Below are positions 20,858 to 22,399 of a stretch of DNA of 22,399 nt, in pieces. The DNA is from Balamuthia mandrillaris. Taxonomy: Eukaryota. The notes beneath the pieces were generated by a model, which was not told the origin of the DNA, ran no database searches, and saw only the letters and a list, made by a program, of their open reading frames with translations. The position numbers and the translations under genes were made by a program. Every line of letters begins with the position of its first letter. Within the stretch, counting starts at the first letter, position 1. The stretch is taken from positions 186,001-208,399 of the forward strand of contig JAVKOQ020000071.1 of assembly GCA_031835245.2 (NCBI GenBank), written 5' to 3'.

Positions 20858-21847
20858 CAAACCACTTTTACAATGGTGTGGCCATTGCAACACCCTTGAG
20901 AGATGAAGACTCTGTAGTGCACAGAGAGCGTTGTTTTCTTTGTGGCATACAGGCCAAAAGGCTAGCTGAACTAGAATTCAAAAGCTCTGTAGTCTCCCAG
21001 TGTACAGAGGATCTGCTAGCAAAACATACTCGGCAGGTGCAGAAGGGCAGATTGGAAGATTTTGAAGCCGTCGGAGAATGTTTTTCAACAAAACAGGAGA
21101 AGGAACGGTAAGGAAAAATCCAAAGCAGAAATTTCTAACTAAAAACACACTTGTTTCCTCCTTAATCAAAACTTTTTGTTGTGCTCCGTTCTTCAAGCTT
21201 GTCTTGTTTCTTTTGTCTACGGCCTACAAAGAAATCTAATGTCGACATGAACAAAAAGATAGCTGGCGTTTCTGCTTTTCGCTGCCACATCAGCTTTCCC
21301 GTGCAGTGCATATTGTGCACAACTGGCTGATCGAAGGCAATCGTAAGCATTTTTGTAGACAAACCAAAAACGGAGAAAAAGGGGAGAAAGAGCAAGAAGA
21401 AAGTGAGACTTGAAGGCGGCTGTTCGAAAGCGCAAGAGGCCAACATGCTCCATTTGTGGCCAGGAGGGACATAACAAAACAACGTGTGCAATGAGAGACA
21501 ACCAATCCTCTACTTCTCGCCCAAAAAAGAAGGCACAAGGACCTCCCCCTTCCGCATATAGAGAATTGCCGTTTTCTTTACAACACACAACAGCCAGAAA
21601 AGAAGAAGTTGTCATCTAAGGACTTCCGTGTAGTGTGCTTATTAATGCCTTAGCACCAGAGGTTTGACTTCTTCTCCTTTTTCTTTCTTTCTTGTTCTTC
21701 TTCACTCACTTTTGTTCTTACTGTTTGTTTACTTTCTAGGAGCCAATAAATATGCAAGATCACCTTCCAATTCGGCAAAAGGGAGTTCACAAGCGCTGTG
21801 TTGGATGTGCTAAGCGAGGGCAGGAAACAAGAACCGGCATGTCTTAG
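20857..21847 (+). pseudogene. Degenerate piggyBac-like transposase fragments with a CCHC zinc knuckle
   Basis: Ordered fragments A(N)HFYNGVAIA..L, T*TKR*LAFLLF...SAY, CSICGQEGHNKTTC and HLP...KRCVGC...RT, linked by phase-consistent GT-AG introns (~21107-21231, 21662-21739). Several in-frame stops. TTAA-CCC at 19762 upstream. Confidence 0.45.
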
Positions 21848-22399
21848 GTAGCATAATTAGTATGCAACCTAAGTCCTTTTAAGTCTTTTGGGCCAATGAG
21901 TATACTTCCCGCCAAAACAACCCTTCCTTCTCCAACGTTTGTGAAAGCAAAGTGGTGGGTTGGAGGGAGGTGAGGTAGGGTGAATGGATTCCTGTTGAGG
22001 GAAATAGAGAAAAATAACAAAAATGTGTTGGAAAACCAACAATTCGCATCATTATGACTTCCTGTCAACACTTTCCCTGGATACTTCAAATTCTCTCACC
22101 CCTGTTTATTTTCCCTTTTTCCTCATGACACTCTCAAAGTACACACTTTGGTCCATACCTCTTTTTCTTGTAAATAAACCCAGAGTCGCTTACATGCCAT
22201 CCCTTTCTTGATCCACAGGGTTTATCCTTTATCAACAAATAACACGTTCTAAACTAAAAAGGGTGCCCCTTTTTGAAAAATTATTGTTCAATGAAAATAT
22301 TCCCAAAAATAATTATTTTTTGAACCTATACATAAATATTTTTTGAATTGAAATAATTCAAATACAAATTGTTTTTTAAATAATAAACATAACTACTTT

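Noticed and set aside
20081..20922. Long ORFs of 250-272 aa on both strands (Leu/Ser/Pro or Arg/Glu/Gly)
   Set aside because: Translations of the GA repeat, which lacks stop codons by composition.
22256..22274. Hairpin AAAAAGGG-TGC-CCCTTTTT resembling a terminator or transposon end
   Set aside because: Eukaryotic context, short low-complexity arms, and no match to the TTAA-CCC end at 19762.

Overview
Eukaryotic, intron-rich, gene-dense genomic DNA with short GT-AG introns and many microsatellites. The style suggests a free-living protist, possibly an amoebozoan (inference only). I rebuilt spliced gene models by hand. Left to right: a DH-PH RhoGEF (-, runs off the left edge); an intronless stand-alone OvoA-C-terminal-type (ovothiol/mercaptohistidine) methyltransferase (-); a protein with two RUN domains plus a Rubicon-homology zinc domain (-); a Tim17/22/23-like membrane protein (+); a TraB/TRABD protein (-); a copine with a long prion-like tail (+); a secreted divergent CAP-like protein (+); an intron-containing bacterial-type AAA-ATPase plus PD-(D/E)XK nuclease gene with one frameshift (-); and a decayed, apparently intron-containing piggyBac-like transposase beside a ~690-nt polypurine tract. 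The most unusual observation is that the last RUN/Rubicon exon, the methyltransferase and the first RhoGEF exon share one reading frame, separated only by two single stop codons, the first in a TGA-CTA context. Family calls come from motif recognition, not database searches.
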